The notes: generated from the letters alone by a model not told the origin. DNA of 64,000 nucleotides from an uncultured Chloroflexia bacterium (GCA_963715295.1 CAVQRP010000009.1:13189-77188); one strand, 5' to 3'. Positions 50,403 through 61,309 are shown, numbered from the stretch's first letter. Made by a program: numbers and translations.

Positions 50403-51746
50403 TCAGACCCCCAGGTCGTCGTACACCCGCAGGAGCTCGCGTGCCTGGTGCTGCCAGGCGTAGGTCGAGCGAGCGGCAGCCAGGCATCGCAGCCGCAGCG
50501 CCAGCCGCTCATCGGCTGGGGCATCGATGATGGCACGGATGGCGCGGGCCACGTCGGCGGGGTCACCCGGATCGCACAGCTCGCCACAGCCGGTCTCATT
50601 GACGATAGGCGTGATGCCGGGCAGCTTGCTGGCCACCACGGGTACCCCGACCCCGATGGCGTCGTAGAGCTTGGTGGGCGTGTTGAAGCGGTGGTTCAGC
50701 GTGTCCGGCTGGACAGGCATGGCCGAGACATCGGCCCCCCGGGTCCAGGCGGGGATCTCAGCCGGTGGCACCGAGCCGGCGAAGTGGATGCGGTCGTGGT
50801 GGGGGAGGGCCGCGGCGATGGTGCGGTAGCGCTCGTAGTCGGGCCCGAAGCCTGCGACCACGAGGTCGGCATCGTCCACCAGCGAGATGGCCTCGAAGAG
50901 CTGGCGTAGTCCCCGCCCACGCATGACCTGGCCGATATAGAGCACGATGCGCCGCTCCGGGGGCAGGCCGAAGCGCTCGTGGAAGCGGTCACTGCGCTCG
51001 ACATCGGTCGCCACCGGCTCAGACTCCAGGTCATCCACGAGCGCGGCATTGCGCACCACTGCGTCCACTGGGCGCCCCAGGATGCGAGCCAGGATCTGGG
51101 CGTAGGGGTCGGACACGGTGACGACCGCGTCTGCGGCCCGCGCCAGGCGCCGTTCATGTCGGCGCAGCAGCTGCTTCCACGGCCCCGGCAGGCGCGCCAT
51201 GCGACCGGCCTCGCTGTCGATGTCGTTGGCGTCGTAGACGACGACACCACCGAAATGCTTGCGCAGGGCGACCGCGAGTGAGAGCGTGATGACGGACTCG
51301 GCCTGCCACACGTCCGAGGCCTCGACCTGTTCCGAGATGACCTTGGACCAGGCTCGCGACATGCGCAGGTAGCGGACGGCCTGCGACGCTCGGCCGACGC
51401 TGTCTCGCAAGCGCCGCCGCAGGCCACCCGTACGGCCGGCGGGATCATCGCCGGTCTCCGGCAGGCTGGGCGCCGGCAGCCAGGCCAGCGGCTGCGGTTG
51501 GCGGATGCGCGTGACCGTGTGGTGATCGAGCCGTTCGGTCGTGGCCAGGCCAGGGCCCCAGCGGGCGATGACGGTGACCTCGTAGCCGGCCTTGCCCAGC
51601 GAGACGGCGGTCTTCCAGGCACGGGCGTCGGCGACGTAGGTGTTGTTGATGAGGATGGCCACCCGCACGGGCGAGTGACGCACCACCGACGCCGCCCCAC
51701 GGCGTCGGCGTCGAGTGGTCAGCGGCATGGCCTGGCCAGGGAGCAT
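50403..51746 (-). CDS. Glycosyltransferase family 4 (GT-B)
   Basis: DARAWKTAVSL, VVYDAND, LYIGQVMRGRGL, PTKLYDAIGVGVPVVAS. Start ATG 51746 or 51728. Confidence 0.9.
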   Translation of the reverse strand: MLPGQAMPLTTRRRRRGAASVVRHSPVRVAILINNTYVADARAWKTAVSLGKAGYEVTVIARWGPGLATTERLDHHTVTRIRQPQPLAWLPAPSLPETGDDPAGRTGGLRRRLRDSVGRASQAVRYLRMSRAWSKVISEQVEASDVWQAESVITLSLAVALRKHFGGVVVYDANDIDSEAGRMARLPGPWKQLLRRHERRLARAADAVVTVSDPYAQILARILGRPVDAVVRNAALVDDLESEPVATDVERSDRFHERFGLPPERRIVLYIGQVMRGRGLRQLFEAISLVDDADLVVAGFGPDYERYRTIAAALPHHDRIHFAGSVPPAEIPAWTRGADVSAMPVQPDTLNHRFNTPTKLYDAIGVGVPVVASKLPGITPIVNETGCGELCDPGDPADVARAIRAIIDAPADERLALRLRCLAAARSTYAWQHQARELLRVYDDLGV

Positions 51747-51850
51747 TCGCGAATCACCATTCCACGGTAGCGTAGGTGGGTCGAGGGAGCGCTATTGACG
51801 CGGTATCATCGGTCACGTGCCCTCGATGGAAGTCCCACAGGAATAACGCC

Positions 51851-52918
51851 ATGCCCATCGAGTCCTCCCTCCGCCCTTTCACGGTCGCCGTCGTCGGTGC
51901 GACCGGTCTCGTGGGGCGCACCATGATCGACATCCTCGCCCAGCGCCAGTTCCCCGTGGCTGAGCTGCGCCCGCTGGCATCACGCGCCGATGGGCGCAGC
52001 ATCGGATTCGCCGGTCGCGAGTGGCCGGTCGAGGTGACCACCCCTGCTGCGTTCGATGGCGTCGACATCGCCATCTTCTCGGCCGGTGGCGGCATCTCCA
52101 AGGTCTTCGCGCCGGAGGCCGCCGCGCGCGGAGCCGTGGTGGTCGACAACTCCAGCCAGTGGCGCATGGAGCCGGGCGTGCCCCTGGTCGTGGCCGGCGT
52201 CAACGACGAGGACGCCGCCACCCATGAGGGCATCATCGCCAACCCCAACTGCTCCACCATGCAGTTGATGCCGCTGTTCAAGGCGCTACGCGACAGCGTC
52301 GGCATGGAGCGGGTCATCGTGGACACCTACCAGGCGGTCAGCGGCAGCGGCAACAAGGCCGTCGTGGAGCTGGAGGACCAGGTGCGCGCCCACGTCGCGG
52401 GCGAGGAGCTTGTGGCCTCGGTCTATCCGCATCAGATCGCCTTCAACGTGTTGCCTCACATCGACGTGTTCCTTGACAATGGCTACACCAAGGAGGAATG
52501 GAAGGTCATCGTCGAGACACGCAAGATCCTGCATCTGCCGGGGCTGCCCGTCTCGTGCACCGCGGTTCGTGTGCCCGTGATCACCTCGCATTCAGAGGCT
52601 GTCCACGTCGAGCTGACCGGCTCCATGACGCCGGCCGAGGCACGCGACCTGTTCGCCGGCGTTCCCGGTGTCGTCGTGCGCGACGATCCTGCCAACAACG
52701 TCTACCCGCTGGCCCTTGAAGGGGCCGGTCGCGACGAGGTCTTCGTCGGCCGCATCCGAGCCGATGCCTCGCTACCCGAGGGCAAGGGCCTTGCTTTCTG
52801 GGTCGTGTCCGACAACCTGCGCAAGGGCGCCGCTACCAACGCTGTCGAGATCGCCGAGGTGGTCGCGCGCAATGGCTGGCTGGCGAAGGCGTCGGAGCGC
52901 GCTGCCGGAGCGGCGTGA
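51851..52918 (+). CDS. asd: Aspartate-semialdehyde dehydrogenase
   Basis: [46 protein letters not shown]. Confidence 0.97.
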   Translation: MPIESSLRPFTVAVVGATGLVGRTMIDILAQRQFPVAELRPLASRADGRSIGFAGREWPVEVTTPAAFDGVDIAIFSAGGGISKVFAPEAAARGAVVVDNSSQWRMEPGVPLVVAGVNDEDAATHEGIIANPNCSTMQLMPLFKALRDSVGMERVIVDTYQAVSGSGNKAVVELEDQVRAHVAGEELVASVYPHQIAFNVLPHIDVFLDNGYTKEEWKVIVETRKILHLPGLPVSCTAVRVPVITSHSEAVHVELTGSMTPAEARDLFAGVPGVVVRDDPANNVYPLALEGAGRDEVFVGRIRADASLPEGKGLAFWVVSDNLRKGAATNAVEIAEVVARNGWLAKASERAAGAA

Positions 52919-53688
52919 CGACCGCCGAACGCAAGGCTGCCCTGGAGGCCATCGCGGCCGAGGTCCGCGTGTGCGACCGTTGCCGTCTGGCCGCGGGCCG
53001 CACCAACGCCGTCCCGGGGGAGGGGCATCCAGACACGGAAGTCGTGTTCGTGGGTGAGGGCCCGGGCCAGAACGAGGATCGGCAAGGCCGGCCGTTCGTG
53101 GGTGCCGCAGGCACACTCCTGGAGCAGCTGCTGGGGATGATCGGCTGGCAGCGTGACGAGGTGTTCATCACCAACGTGGTGAAGTGTCGCCCCCCCAACA
53201 ACCGCGATCCTGAACCAGACGAGATCGCTGCCTGCGCGCCGTTCCTGCAGCGGCAGCTGGCGGCGCTCGATCCGGCCGTGCTGGTCACGCTTGGCCGCTT
53301 CAGCCTGCAGACGTTCATGCCCGGTGACCGCATCAGCCGCGTGCACGGCACCGAGCGTGCCATCGATCCATCCACCGGCGCTCGCGCCGCCGTAGGCTAT
53401 GCCATGTACCACCCCGCGGCGGCCTTGCGGCAGGGTGCGCTCAAGGAGACGATGCAACGCGACATGGCAGCCGTGCCCGAGGTGCTCATCCGCGCCCGTG
53501 CCATGCGCCGCCCGACAGAGCCGGACGGGCCTGCCCCCGCGTCTGCCACGCCATCCACCGATCCGGGGACGGCGAGGGCCGTCCCTTCGACCTCCGTTCA
53601 GTCAACCACCCCGGCCGCCGAGTCGACGGTCGCACCGCGAGAGGATGACCCCATGACGATCACAGACGACCAGATCGGACTGTTCTAG
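52915..53688 (+). CDS. Uracil-DNA glycosylase, family 4 (Fe-S)
   Basis: [40 protein letters not shown]; low-complexity tail ending in DQIGLF. Confidence 0.94.
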   Translation: MTTAERKAALEAIAAEVRVCDRCRLAAGRTNAVPGEGHPDTEVVFVGEGPGQNEDRQGRPFVGAAGTLLEQLLGMIGWQRDEVFITNVVKCRPPNNRDPEPDEIAACAPFLQRQLAALDPAVLVTLGRFSLQTFMPGDRISRVHGTERAIDPSTGARAAVGYAMYHPAAALRQGALKETMQRDMAAVPEVLIRARAMRRPTEPDGPAPASATPSTDPGTARAVPSTSVQSTTPAAESTVAPREDDPMTITDDQIGLF

Positions 53689-55372
53689 ATGGCCGTGAAG
53701 CGAGCCCCCGCGTCGTCGCGCGAGATCCTGCGCGTCGTGCCCCTCGGCGGCATCGGCGAGATCGGCAAGAACATGACCGTCTTCGAGTTCGCGGACGAGA
53801 TCATCGTCGTCGACTGCGGCCTGATGTTCCCCGAGGAGGAGATGTACGGGATCGACATCGTCATCCCCGATATCGCCTACCTGCGCGAGAAGCGCGAGAA
53901 GGTCAAGGCCTTCGTCATCACCCATGCCCACGAAGACCACGTCGGCGCCTTGCCGTACGTACTGCCCGAGTTCCCGGGTGTGCCGGTCTATGCCTCGACG
54001 CTGGCCCGTGGCCTGCTCAGCAACAAGATCAAGGAGCACAAGCTCCGCAACAACCCGCTGAAGGCGCTAGACCCGGGTGAGAAGGTGGAGCTGGGTCACT
54101 TCGATGTCACCGCCTTCCGTGTCGGCCACTCGATCCCCGATGCCATGGGTCTGCGCATCCAGACGCCATTCGGCGACATCATCCACACCGGCGACTTCAA
54201 GTTCGACCAGACCCCCGTCGACGGGAAACCGGTCGACTTCCAGGACATCGCCCGTTTCGGCGAGGAGGGCGTGCTCTGCCTGATGTCCGATTCGACGCGT
54301 GCGGAGGTGCCCGGTTGGACGCCCTCGGAGCGCACGGTCCTGGACGCGTTCCATGACATCATGGAGGGCCTTTCAGGGCGCGTCATCGTGGCCACCTTCG
54401 CCTCCAACATCGCACGCGTCCAGCAGGTCTTCGATGCGTCCGAGACCTTCGGCCGCAAGGTGGCCGTCATCGGCCGCTCCATGGAGCAGAACACCCGCAT
54501 CGCGGCGGATCTTGGCTACCTTCGATCGCCGAGCACGGGTCTCGTGGCCAAGGGCAAGATCAAGAGCATCCCTGACGACCAGTTGACGATCATGACCACG
54601 GGCTCACAGGGCGAGCCCATGGCCGGCCTGGCGCGCATGGCGAACCAGGACCACCGCTTCGTCGAGATCGGCCCCGGCGACACGGTCATCGTCAGCGCCA
54701 GCCCCATCCCCGGCAACGAAGAGTACGTGGCACGCACCGTCGACAATCTCTTCAAGGCCGGTGCCAACGTCTACTACCACGCCATCAAGCGGGCGCACGT
54801 ATCCGGCCACGCCAGCCAGGAAGAGCTGAAGCTGATGCTCAACCTGACCAAGCCCAAGTACATCATCCCGGTCCACGGCGAGTTCCGGATGCTGGTGCAG
54901 CACGGCCGGCTGGCATCGGACGTCGGCGTCGATGCAGAGAACATCCTCATCCTCGAGAACGGCCAACCCATCGAGTTCCTCGCCGATGGCTCCGCGCGGC
55001 GCGGCGAGAAGGTCGAGGCCGGTTACGTCTACGTCGACGGTGTCTCGGTGGGGGAGGTCGGGCGACATCGTGTTGCGTGACCGCGGTGCTCTCGCGCGCG
55101 ACGGCATGTTCCTGGTCGTGGTCGCGGTCGACAAGCAGAACGGCAAGCTGGTCGGGGCGCCCGAAGTCGTCACCCGCGGCTTCGTCGCCGAGGCCGACCA
55201 GCAGCTGCTGGCCGGCGCGGCCACGCGCATCGCTGCCTCCATCGAACGACCCGGCCAGCACCTGGCCGAGATCGGCCTCCTGAAGGCCCAGATCAAGGAC
55301 GGACTCTCCAACTATCTCTATGAGCAGACACGCCGTCGCCCCCTCGTCTTCCCGGTGATCGTGGAGGTCTAG
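53689..55372 (+). CDS. rnj: Ribonuclease J, with one +1 frameshift near 55061 (probable sequencing error)
   Basis: PLGGIGEIGKNM, THAHEDHVG, HTGDFK, HVSGH, PVHGE. The C-terminus GDIVLRDR…RRPLVFPVIVEV continues in the next frame after an extra G. Confidence 0.94.
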
Positions 55373-55377
55373 ACCGC

Positions 55378-57801
55378 ATGGCCCAGCGCAAGAAGAGCAC
55401 CCGCAGCCGGTCCCGCGCCAAGAAGAGCCGAACGCCCATCGTCTCGCCCTCGACCCTGCGTTCGGTCGTGGCGGTGGTGTTGCTGGCCGCGGGCGCGATC
55501 ACCCTCATCGCGCTGTTCCTGCCTGGTGGCGGGCTGCTCAACGGCTACGTCGACGGCTTCCTGCGACCGCTCTTCGGCCAGGGCGCCTGGTTGCTGGGCA
55601 TCCTCCTGCTGGTCGCCGGGGTGCTCGTCGAGCGCGCGCCCAGCGTCGACTACAGCTGGATCACGGTGGCGCTGGGTGGACTCATCGTCTTCGTCGGCGG
55701 CCAGGGACTCATCCATCTCTTCAGCGGCAAGGGTGGCGGCGATACCGATCTGGAGCAGGGTGGGGGAGCCCTGGGCCATGCGCTCGCCTCCACCCTTTCG
55801 GACCTGGTAAGCCCGGCAGGCGCCTTCGTCATCCTGCTGGGCATCGTGCTGGTGGGCATCCTGCTGCTCTTCGATATCACGCTGGTGGCGTTCGTCACCC
55901 CCTTCATCAACGCTGGTCGTGCTGTCTGGGCGATGGCCGTGGCAGGTGCCGCCGGCACCGCTGCCGCGCTGCGCTCCCGGCGTGAACCCGACGCACACGA
56001 GGCCGTCGCCATCCCCATCTCCGGAGGTGGCCGGAGAAGTCGCCGAGCCGCTGAGCCCGCGCCTGAGCTGCCGGAGCCGATGCCCAGTCCGGCACCCATG
56101 AGCCAGACGGTCTGGATGGGTGGCGCCAAGCGCGAGCCCGTGGCTGTCGCTGCAGCCGGCCTGGAGCCGGTGTCTGCGCGGTCACCGCTGGGCGCGGGCA
56201 CGGCGGTCGCGCCAGCCGTGGCGGTGGCGGCTGCCGGTGCTCAGGTCGCCAGCGAGCCCAGCAGCCCCGACTCCTCGACCAAGCCGGACTCGAGCCACCC
56301 CGACGCTGCCGAGGTCGCTCGGCTGCGACTGCACCAGAAGGACTGGCGCTTGCCCAGCGTGACCCTGCTGGACCCGGCCACCGAATCGGCGGACCTGGCC
56401 CGGCATGACCACGAGCGCAACGTCCGTATCATCGAAGAGAAGCTGCGCTCGTTCCAGATCCCGGCCACCGTCGTCGGCACCAACACAGGCCCGGTGGTGA
56501 CACAGTACGAGGTGCGGCCGGACGCGCGTATCAAGCTCTCGCGCATCGAGGGCCTGGCCGACGACCTGGCGATGGCGCTGGCCGCGCGCAGCATCCGCAT
56601 CGAGGCGCCCATCCCCGGGCGCGACGTGGTCGGCATCGAGATCCCCAACCACACGTCGGAGATGGTCGGCTTCCGGGCCGTCTTCGAGGATGCCAACATG
56701 GTCGATGCCACCAGCGAGCTGACCTTCGCTCTGGGTCGGGATGTGTCGGGCAAGCCGTACGCGGTCGACCTGGGTCGAATGCCTCATCTGCTCATCGCCG
56801 GCGCCACCGGCTCCGGCAAGAGCGTGTGCGTCAACGCCATCGTCACCAGCATCCTCATGCGGGCCAAGCCCACCGAGGTTCGCTTCGTGCTGGTCGACCT
56901 CAAGCGCGTCGAGCTGGCGCCATACGGTCGCATCCCGCACCTGCTCACCGACGTCATCATGGAGGCCCACGAGGCGCGCGCGGCCCTGGCGTGGGCGGTC
57001 GGCGAGATGGAGGAGCGCTACAAGAAGCTGGCCAAGTCGACGAGCCGCAACATCGCGACCTATAACTCGCTGCCCGACCTCGATCCAGAAGACCGCATGC
57101 CCTACATCGTGTTGATGATCGACGAGCTGGCCGATCTCATGATCCAGGAGGGCCGCAAGGTCGAGGAGCCCATCGTCAAGCTGGCCCAGAAGGCCCGAGC
57201 CGTCGGCATCCACCTCGTGCTGGCGACGCAGCGCCCCAGCGTCAACGTCGTGACCGGTCTCATCAAGGCCAACGTGCCCAGCCGCATCGCGTTCGCCATG
57301 GCCTCCAACGTCGACAGCCGCACGGTGCTCGACCAGCCAGGTGCGGAAGACCTGATCGGACGCGGCGACATGCTCTACCAGCCGGCCGACCTGCCGCGAC
57401 CCGTGCGCATCCAGGGCGTGTTCGTCTCGGACGCCGAGGTGCAGGCGGTGGCCGATCACTGGCGCGAGCAGGAGCCGCAGCCACCCTACGATCCCGATGT
57501 GCTCTCCGGCTCCGGCGACGGTGACGACGGCGAGAACAGCGAGTTCGCATGGCTGGCCAAGATGGCCGAAGACGAGCTCACGCCACGCGCTGCCGAGCTG
57601 GTGCTCCTCACGGGCAAGGCCAGCACGTCGATGATGCAGACCAAGCTGAAGGTCGGCTTCAACCGCGCCAGCCGCATCATCGACGAGCTCGAGCAGGTCG
57701 GTATCGTGGGGCCCCAGGATCCGCGTAACCCGGCCGTGCCGCGGGCCGTCTACGGACCCGAGAACTGGCTCAGGTCCGCCGAGGACGTCGACGCACCCTG
57801 A
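55378..57801 (+). CDS. ftsK: DNA translocase FtsK/SpoIIIE
   Basis: N-terminal TM helices, HLLIAGATGSGKS, IDELADLM, LATQRPS, GRGDML, gamma domain (ASTSMMQTKLKVGFNRASR). Confidence 0.96.
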   Translation: MAQRKKSTRSRSRAKKSRTPIVSPSTLRSVVAVVLLAAGAITLIALFLPGGGLLNGYVDGFLRPLFGQGAWLLGILLLVAGVLVERAPSVDYSWITVALGGLIVFVGGQGLIHLFSGKGGGDTDLEQGGGALGHALASTLSDLVSPAGAFVILLGIVLVGILLLFDITLVAFVTPFINAGRAVWAMAVAGAAGTAAALRSRREPDAHEAVAIPISGGGRRSRRAAEPAPELPEPMPSPAPMSQTVWMGGAKREPVAVAAAGLEPVSARSPLGAGTAVAPAVAVAAAGAQVASEPSSPDSSTKPDSSHPDAAEVARLRLHQKDWRLPSVTLLDPATESADLARHDHERNVRIIEEKLRSFQIPATVVGTNTGPVVTQYEVRPDARIKLSRIEGLADDLAMALAARSIRIEAPIPGRDVVGIEIPNHTSEMVGFRAVFEDANMVDATSELTFALGRDVSGKPYAVDLGRMPHLLIAGATGSGKSVCVNAIVTSILMRAKPTEVRFVLVDLKRVELAPYGRIPHLLTDVIMEAHEARAALAWAVGEMEERYKKLAKSTSRNIATYNSLPDLDPEDRMPYIVLMIDELADLMIQEGRKVEEPIVKLAQKARAVGIHLVLATQRPSVNVVTGLIKANVPSRIAFAMASNVDSRTVLDQPGAEDLIGRGDMLYQPADLPRPVRIQGVFVSDAEVQAVADHWREQEPQPPYDPDVLSGSGDGDDGENSEFAWLAKMAEDELTPRAAELVLLTGKASTSMMQTKLKVGFNRASRIIDELEQVGIVGPQDPRNPAVPRAVYGPENWLRSAEDVDAP

Positions 57802-57924
57802 GTCCCGGCCCGTCCCGCGCCGTTGGACTGGTCACGAACGGCAGGGAACGAGTAGACTGGGTCGAGCGTCGCGACTGCCGTGGTCGTGGCGAAAGCCGTG
57901 TACGAGTGAGGGCTCCATCGCCGG

Positions 57925-59304
57925 ATGACCGCGCGCCAGGAAGCACGCGTCGGGACTCGTGCGACAGGAGGGGAAAGCTGGTCGTTCGAGACCCAGCGCG
58001 CCCCCAATGTCGGTGAGATCCTGCAGACCGCCCGCGAACGCAAGGGCGTCGATCTGTCTCGCGCCGAGCGCGAGACGAAGATCCGCGCGCGTCACCTCAT
58101 GGCTCTCGAGAGCGGCGACGTGGCCGACCTGCCCGCGCAGGTCTACGCCAAGGGCTTCCTGCGCAACTACTCCACCTATCTCGGGCTGGATGCCGACGAG
58201 ATGCTGGCGCGCTGGCGCAAGGAGATCGACCAGCCGCGCTCAGCGGAGACGCCCAGCGTCAAACCGCCGCCACAGCCGATCACGGCTCCCAGTCGTGGCT
58301 TCAAGCTCACCAGTGGTCTCGTGGTCGCCCTGGTGCTGGCCGCCATCGTCTTCACCTTCGTCGGCTACGTGGGTCTGCAGCTGGTGCGCTTCACGCAGAA
58401 CCCCGAGATCACGCTGAACGGTCCCGCCATCCGACAGCTCCAGCCCGGTGCGGAGTTCGTGCAGCTCAGTGGCGGTGGCGCCGCCGGGACCGAGATCACG
58501 GCGTCCGGTGCCGACGAGCTCGTCCGCCAGACCACGGCCAACGACGGCGGCCAGTGGAGCATGAGCCTGCCCGTGACCAAGGGCGACAATCACTTCACCA
58601 TCCTCGGCACCGACCCCGAGACGGCCCGTGAATCGGCGCCGCTCAAGGTGATCGCCAGCGTCGATGTGCTGGGCACCGAGATCGCCCCTGGTGACGAAGG
58701 CCCGGTGCTACCAGAAGGTGTTGCTGACACCAATATCACCGGCATCCCATCGGCAGCGGTGACGCTGACCGAGCCGCCAGCGAACCTCCAGACCGAGAAC
58801 GGCAAGGTACGGGTCGTGGGCACCAGCGATGCCGACGAGGTGGTGGTCAGCTTCGTCTGGCGTGGCAAGGCGGACAAGGAGAAGACGCCACCGCCGCCGT
58901 CCACGCTGCCGGTCGAGGAGGGGGTCTTCCGCGGTGCCTTCCAGTTGCCCAAGGGTCGCTGGTACGTCTACGTGGCTGCGGCCATCGACGGTGGCTACCC
59001 TGCCGTCGAGCAGGTGTCGGTGAAGTCGCTCAACGACAAGATGCTGCTGAAGGTCGAGGCCATCGATGGCCAGACACGAGTCCAGCTGACCGAGCCTGGT
59101 GGCGATGTCATCGACGAGCGCGTCCTCATCAAGGCAGGCCAGACGAGGTCCTGGCGCGTCGACCCGGAGGTCCTCCTTCGCGTCGGCAATGCGCGTGCCG
59201 CCAACGTGACCGTCGACGGGCAGGCGTTCGGCGCCCTGGGCAACAAGCCGGAGGCGGAGACATGGCGCATCAAGCAGGGCGAGAAGCCCAAGCCGGTCGA
59301 CTGA
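57925..59304 (+). CDS. rodZ: RodZ-like cytoskeletal membrane protein (HTH, TM helix, extracellular beta domains)
   Basis: GEILQTARERKG…TKIRARHLMALE…YAKGFLRNYSTYLGL HTH, single TM segment, C-terminal LRVGNARAANVTVDG (DUF4115-like); follows ftsK. Confidence 0.82.
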   Translation: MTARQEARVGTRATGGESWSFETQRAPNVGEILQTARERKGVDLSRAERETKIRARHLMALESGDVADLPAQVYAKGFLRNYSTYLGLDADEMLARWRKEIDQPRSAETPSVKPPPQPITAPSRGFKLTSGLVVALVLAAIVFTFVGYVGLQLVRFTQNPEITLNGPAIRQLQPGAEFVQLSGGGAAGTEITASGADELVRQTTANDGGQWSMSLPVTKGDNHFTILGTDPETARESAPLKVIASVDVLGTEIAPGDEGPVLPEGVADTNITGIPSAAVTLTEPPANLQTENGKVRVVGTSDADEVVVSFVWRGKADKEKTPPPPSTLPVEEGVFRGAFQLPKGRWYVYVAAAIDGGYPAVEQVSVKSLNDKMLLKVEAIDGQTRVQLTEPGGDVIDERVLIKAGQTRSWRVDPEVLLRVGNARAANVTVDGQAFGALGNKPEAETWRIKQGEKPKPVD

Positions 59305-59819
59305 CGGCAGCCACCGAGCCGGCCATCGAGGAGCTGGTGACGCTCCTCCAGCAGGTCGCGCTCGCCCACGGCCTCAGTGTCGGCACTGCCGAGTCCTGCA
59401 CCGGCGGGCTCATCGGTCACACCATCACCGCCGTGGCTGGGTCAAGCGGCTACTACCGTGGCGGCGTCATCAGCTACTCGGACGCGGTCAAGGCCTCCGT
59501 CCTGGGCGTCCCGCCGTTGACCATCGAGCGACACGGAGCCGTGTCGGCGCAGGTGGCTGTCGCCATGGCCGAAGGCGTGCGTCGTGTCGTCGACTGCGAC
59601 TACGGGCTCGCCGTCACGGGCGTGGCGGGACCCGACGGTGGCAGCGCCGCCAAGCCGGTCGGCCTGACATACGTGGCCACGGCTGGCCCCGTCGGCCACG
59701 AAGTCCGACGTCATCTTTGGGACGGCGATCGAGCGGCCAACAAGGCGCGGAGCGCCGCCGCCGCGTTGGGGCTGTTGCTGGAGGTCCTGGCTCGCGACAT
59801 CCCCGAGGCGCAGCGGTGA
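59301..59819 (+). CDS. pncC: CinA C-terminal domain protein / NMN deamidase PncC
   Basis: AESCTGGLI, GSSGYY, HGAVS, TGVAGPDGG, KPVG. Start uncertain (CTG 59301 overlapping the rodZ stop, or GTG 59337). Confidence 0.88.
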   Translation: MTAATEPAIEELVTLLQQVALAHGLSVGTAESCTGGLIGHTITAVAGSSGYYRGGVISYSDAVKASVLGVPPLTIERHGAVSAQVAVAMAEGVRRVVDCDYGLAVTGVAGPDGGSAAKPVGLTYVATAGPVGHEVRRHLWDGDRAANKARSAAAALGLLLEVLARDIPEAQR

Positions 59820-61300
59820 GAGGCGCAGCCGACGTCGCGCGTGGGCTGGAGCCGGCGCGGGCGGCTCGCGTCATCGACCGGGGCGAGCGCATCCATGTCG
59901 TCGGTGTCGCCGGCGCGGGCGCCTCTGCGGCTGCGATCCTGGCACATGCCGCGGGTGCCTCTGTGGACGGTTGCGACCCCGGTGCCCCGTCGCCGTACAC
60001 CGTCGCGGTGGCCAGCCGCGGGATCCCCATCTCCAGGCTGCACGACGCTGCTCACATCAGCGACGGGCGGCCGGCGCGACTCGCGGTCACCAAGGCACTG
60101 ACGTCCGTCCAGCCAGATCATCCGGAGTTGCAGGCGGCTCGAGCAGCCGGAGTGCCTATCGAGCCCTGGCAGCAGACGGTGGCGGATGCGGCGATGAGCC
60201 AGGGTGGCCGTTTGGTGGCTGTCGCCGGCACGCACGGCAAGTCCACCTCGGCTGGCTGGCTGGTCCACCTCCTGGTACAGGCGGGGCGCGATCCCGGCGC
60301 TTTCGTGGGAGCGCTGCTGCCGGCGCAGCTAAGCGCAGGCGTTGCGGCCACCGCTCGCTGGGGCAGGGGAGACGCATTCGTCGTCGAGGCAGACGAGTAC
60401 GCCGGCAACTTCGATCCCTACCGGCCCGAGCTGACGGTCCTGCTGAATGCCGAGTGGGACCACCCCGACGTCTTCGCCGACGGGGCTGCTGTGGTCGATG
60501 CCTTCGAGGCGTGGCTGCGGGCGCCCGGCTGGGAAGAGCGCCGCGCGGTCATCCACGTGGCCGACCCCGGTGGCGCTGCGCTGGCCGAGCGGCTGACCGA
60601 CTGGGGTGACCGTCTCGTACCGGTGGCAGCGGCGTCTGTCGGGAGCGGTGTGCGCTACCACCTGGATGGGCCGGTCCTGTGGCTCTCGGGATTGCCCGGC
60701 GTGCCAGGGCCCATCGAGGCGCATCTGCGTCTGGCCGGGGTCCACAACGCTGCCAACGCCGCCTGTGTCGCGACCGCGGCGGCCGCGCTCGGGCTGGACG
60801 CAGCGGAGATCACGAACGGCCTCGGTTCGTTCGTCGGTGTCGGGCGCCGCTTCGACGTCAAGGGAGAGACGGCCGGTGTGCTGATCATCGATGACTACGG
60901 CCACCATCCAACGGCCATCCGGGCAACCGTCAGGACGGTGCGCGACCTGTACCCGGGCCGCCCTATCTGGCTCGCGCACGAGCCCCTGACCTACCACCGG
61001 GCCGCTGCCATGCTCGACGAGCTGGCGCAGGCGCTGGCGACCGCGGACCACGTCGTCATCGCTGATATCTGGGCCGGCCGCGACCCTGACCAGACCGTCA
61101 CGAGCGCGGCCGCAGTGGCGGCGAAGGTTTCGGCAGTCAGTGGTCGCGACGCCCCGGCCACCGGCTCTCCGGAGGCCACCGCGCAGCACCTCGCCCAACG
61201 GGTAGGGGCCGGTGACGTCGTCCTGACGATGGGGGGTGGGCGCTCGTACGTGATCGCCGAGCGCCTGGCTGCGCTGCTGCAGGAGCCCGGGCCCGAGTAG
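59816..61300 (+). CDS. Mur ligase, MurC/Mpl-like (divergent)
   Basis: IHVVGVAGAGAS, VAGTHGKSTS P-loop, VEADEY, NAEWDHPD, GVGRRF, DDYGHHPTAI, VLTMGGG. Confidence 0.85.
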   Translation: MRGAADVARGLEPARAARVIDRGERIHVVGVAGAGASAAAILAHAAGASVDGCDPGAPSPYTVAVASRGIPISRLHDAAHISDGRPARLAVTKALTSVQPDHPELQAARAAGVPIEPWQQTVADAAMSQGGRLVAVAGTHGKSTSAGWLVHLLVQAGRDPGAFVGALLPAQLSAGVAATARWGRGDAFVVEADEYAGNFDPYRPELTVLLNAEWDHPDVFADGAAVVDAFEAWLRAPGWEERRAVIHVADPGGAALAERLTDWGDRLVPVAAASVGSGVRYHLDGPVLWLSGLPGVPGPIEAHLRLAGVHNAANAACVATAAAALGLDAAEITNGLGSFVGVGRRFDVKGETAGVLIIDDYGHHPTAIRATVRTVRDLYPGRPIWLAHEPLTYHRAAAMLDELAQALATADHVVIADIWAGRDPDQTVTSAAAVAAKVSAVSGRDAPATGSPEATAQHLAQRVGAGDVVLTMGGGRSYVIAERLAALLQEPGPE

Positions 61301-61309
61301 AATGCAGAA

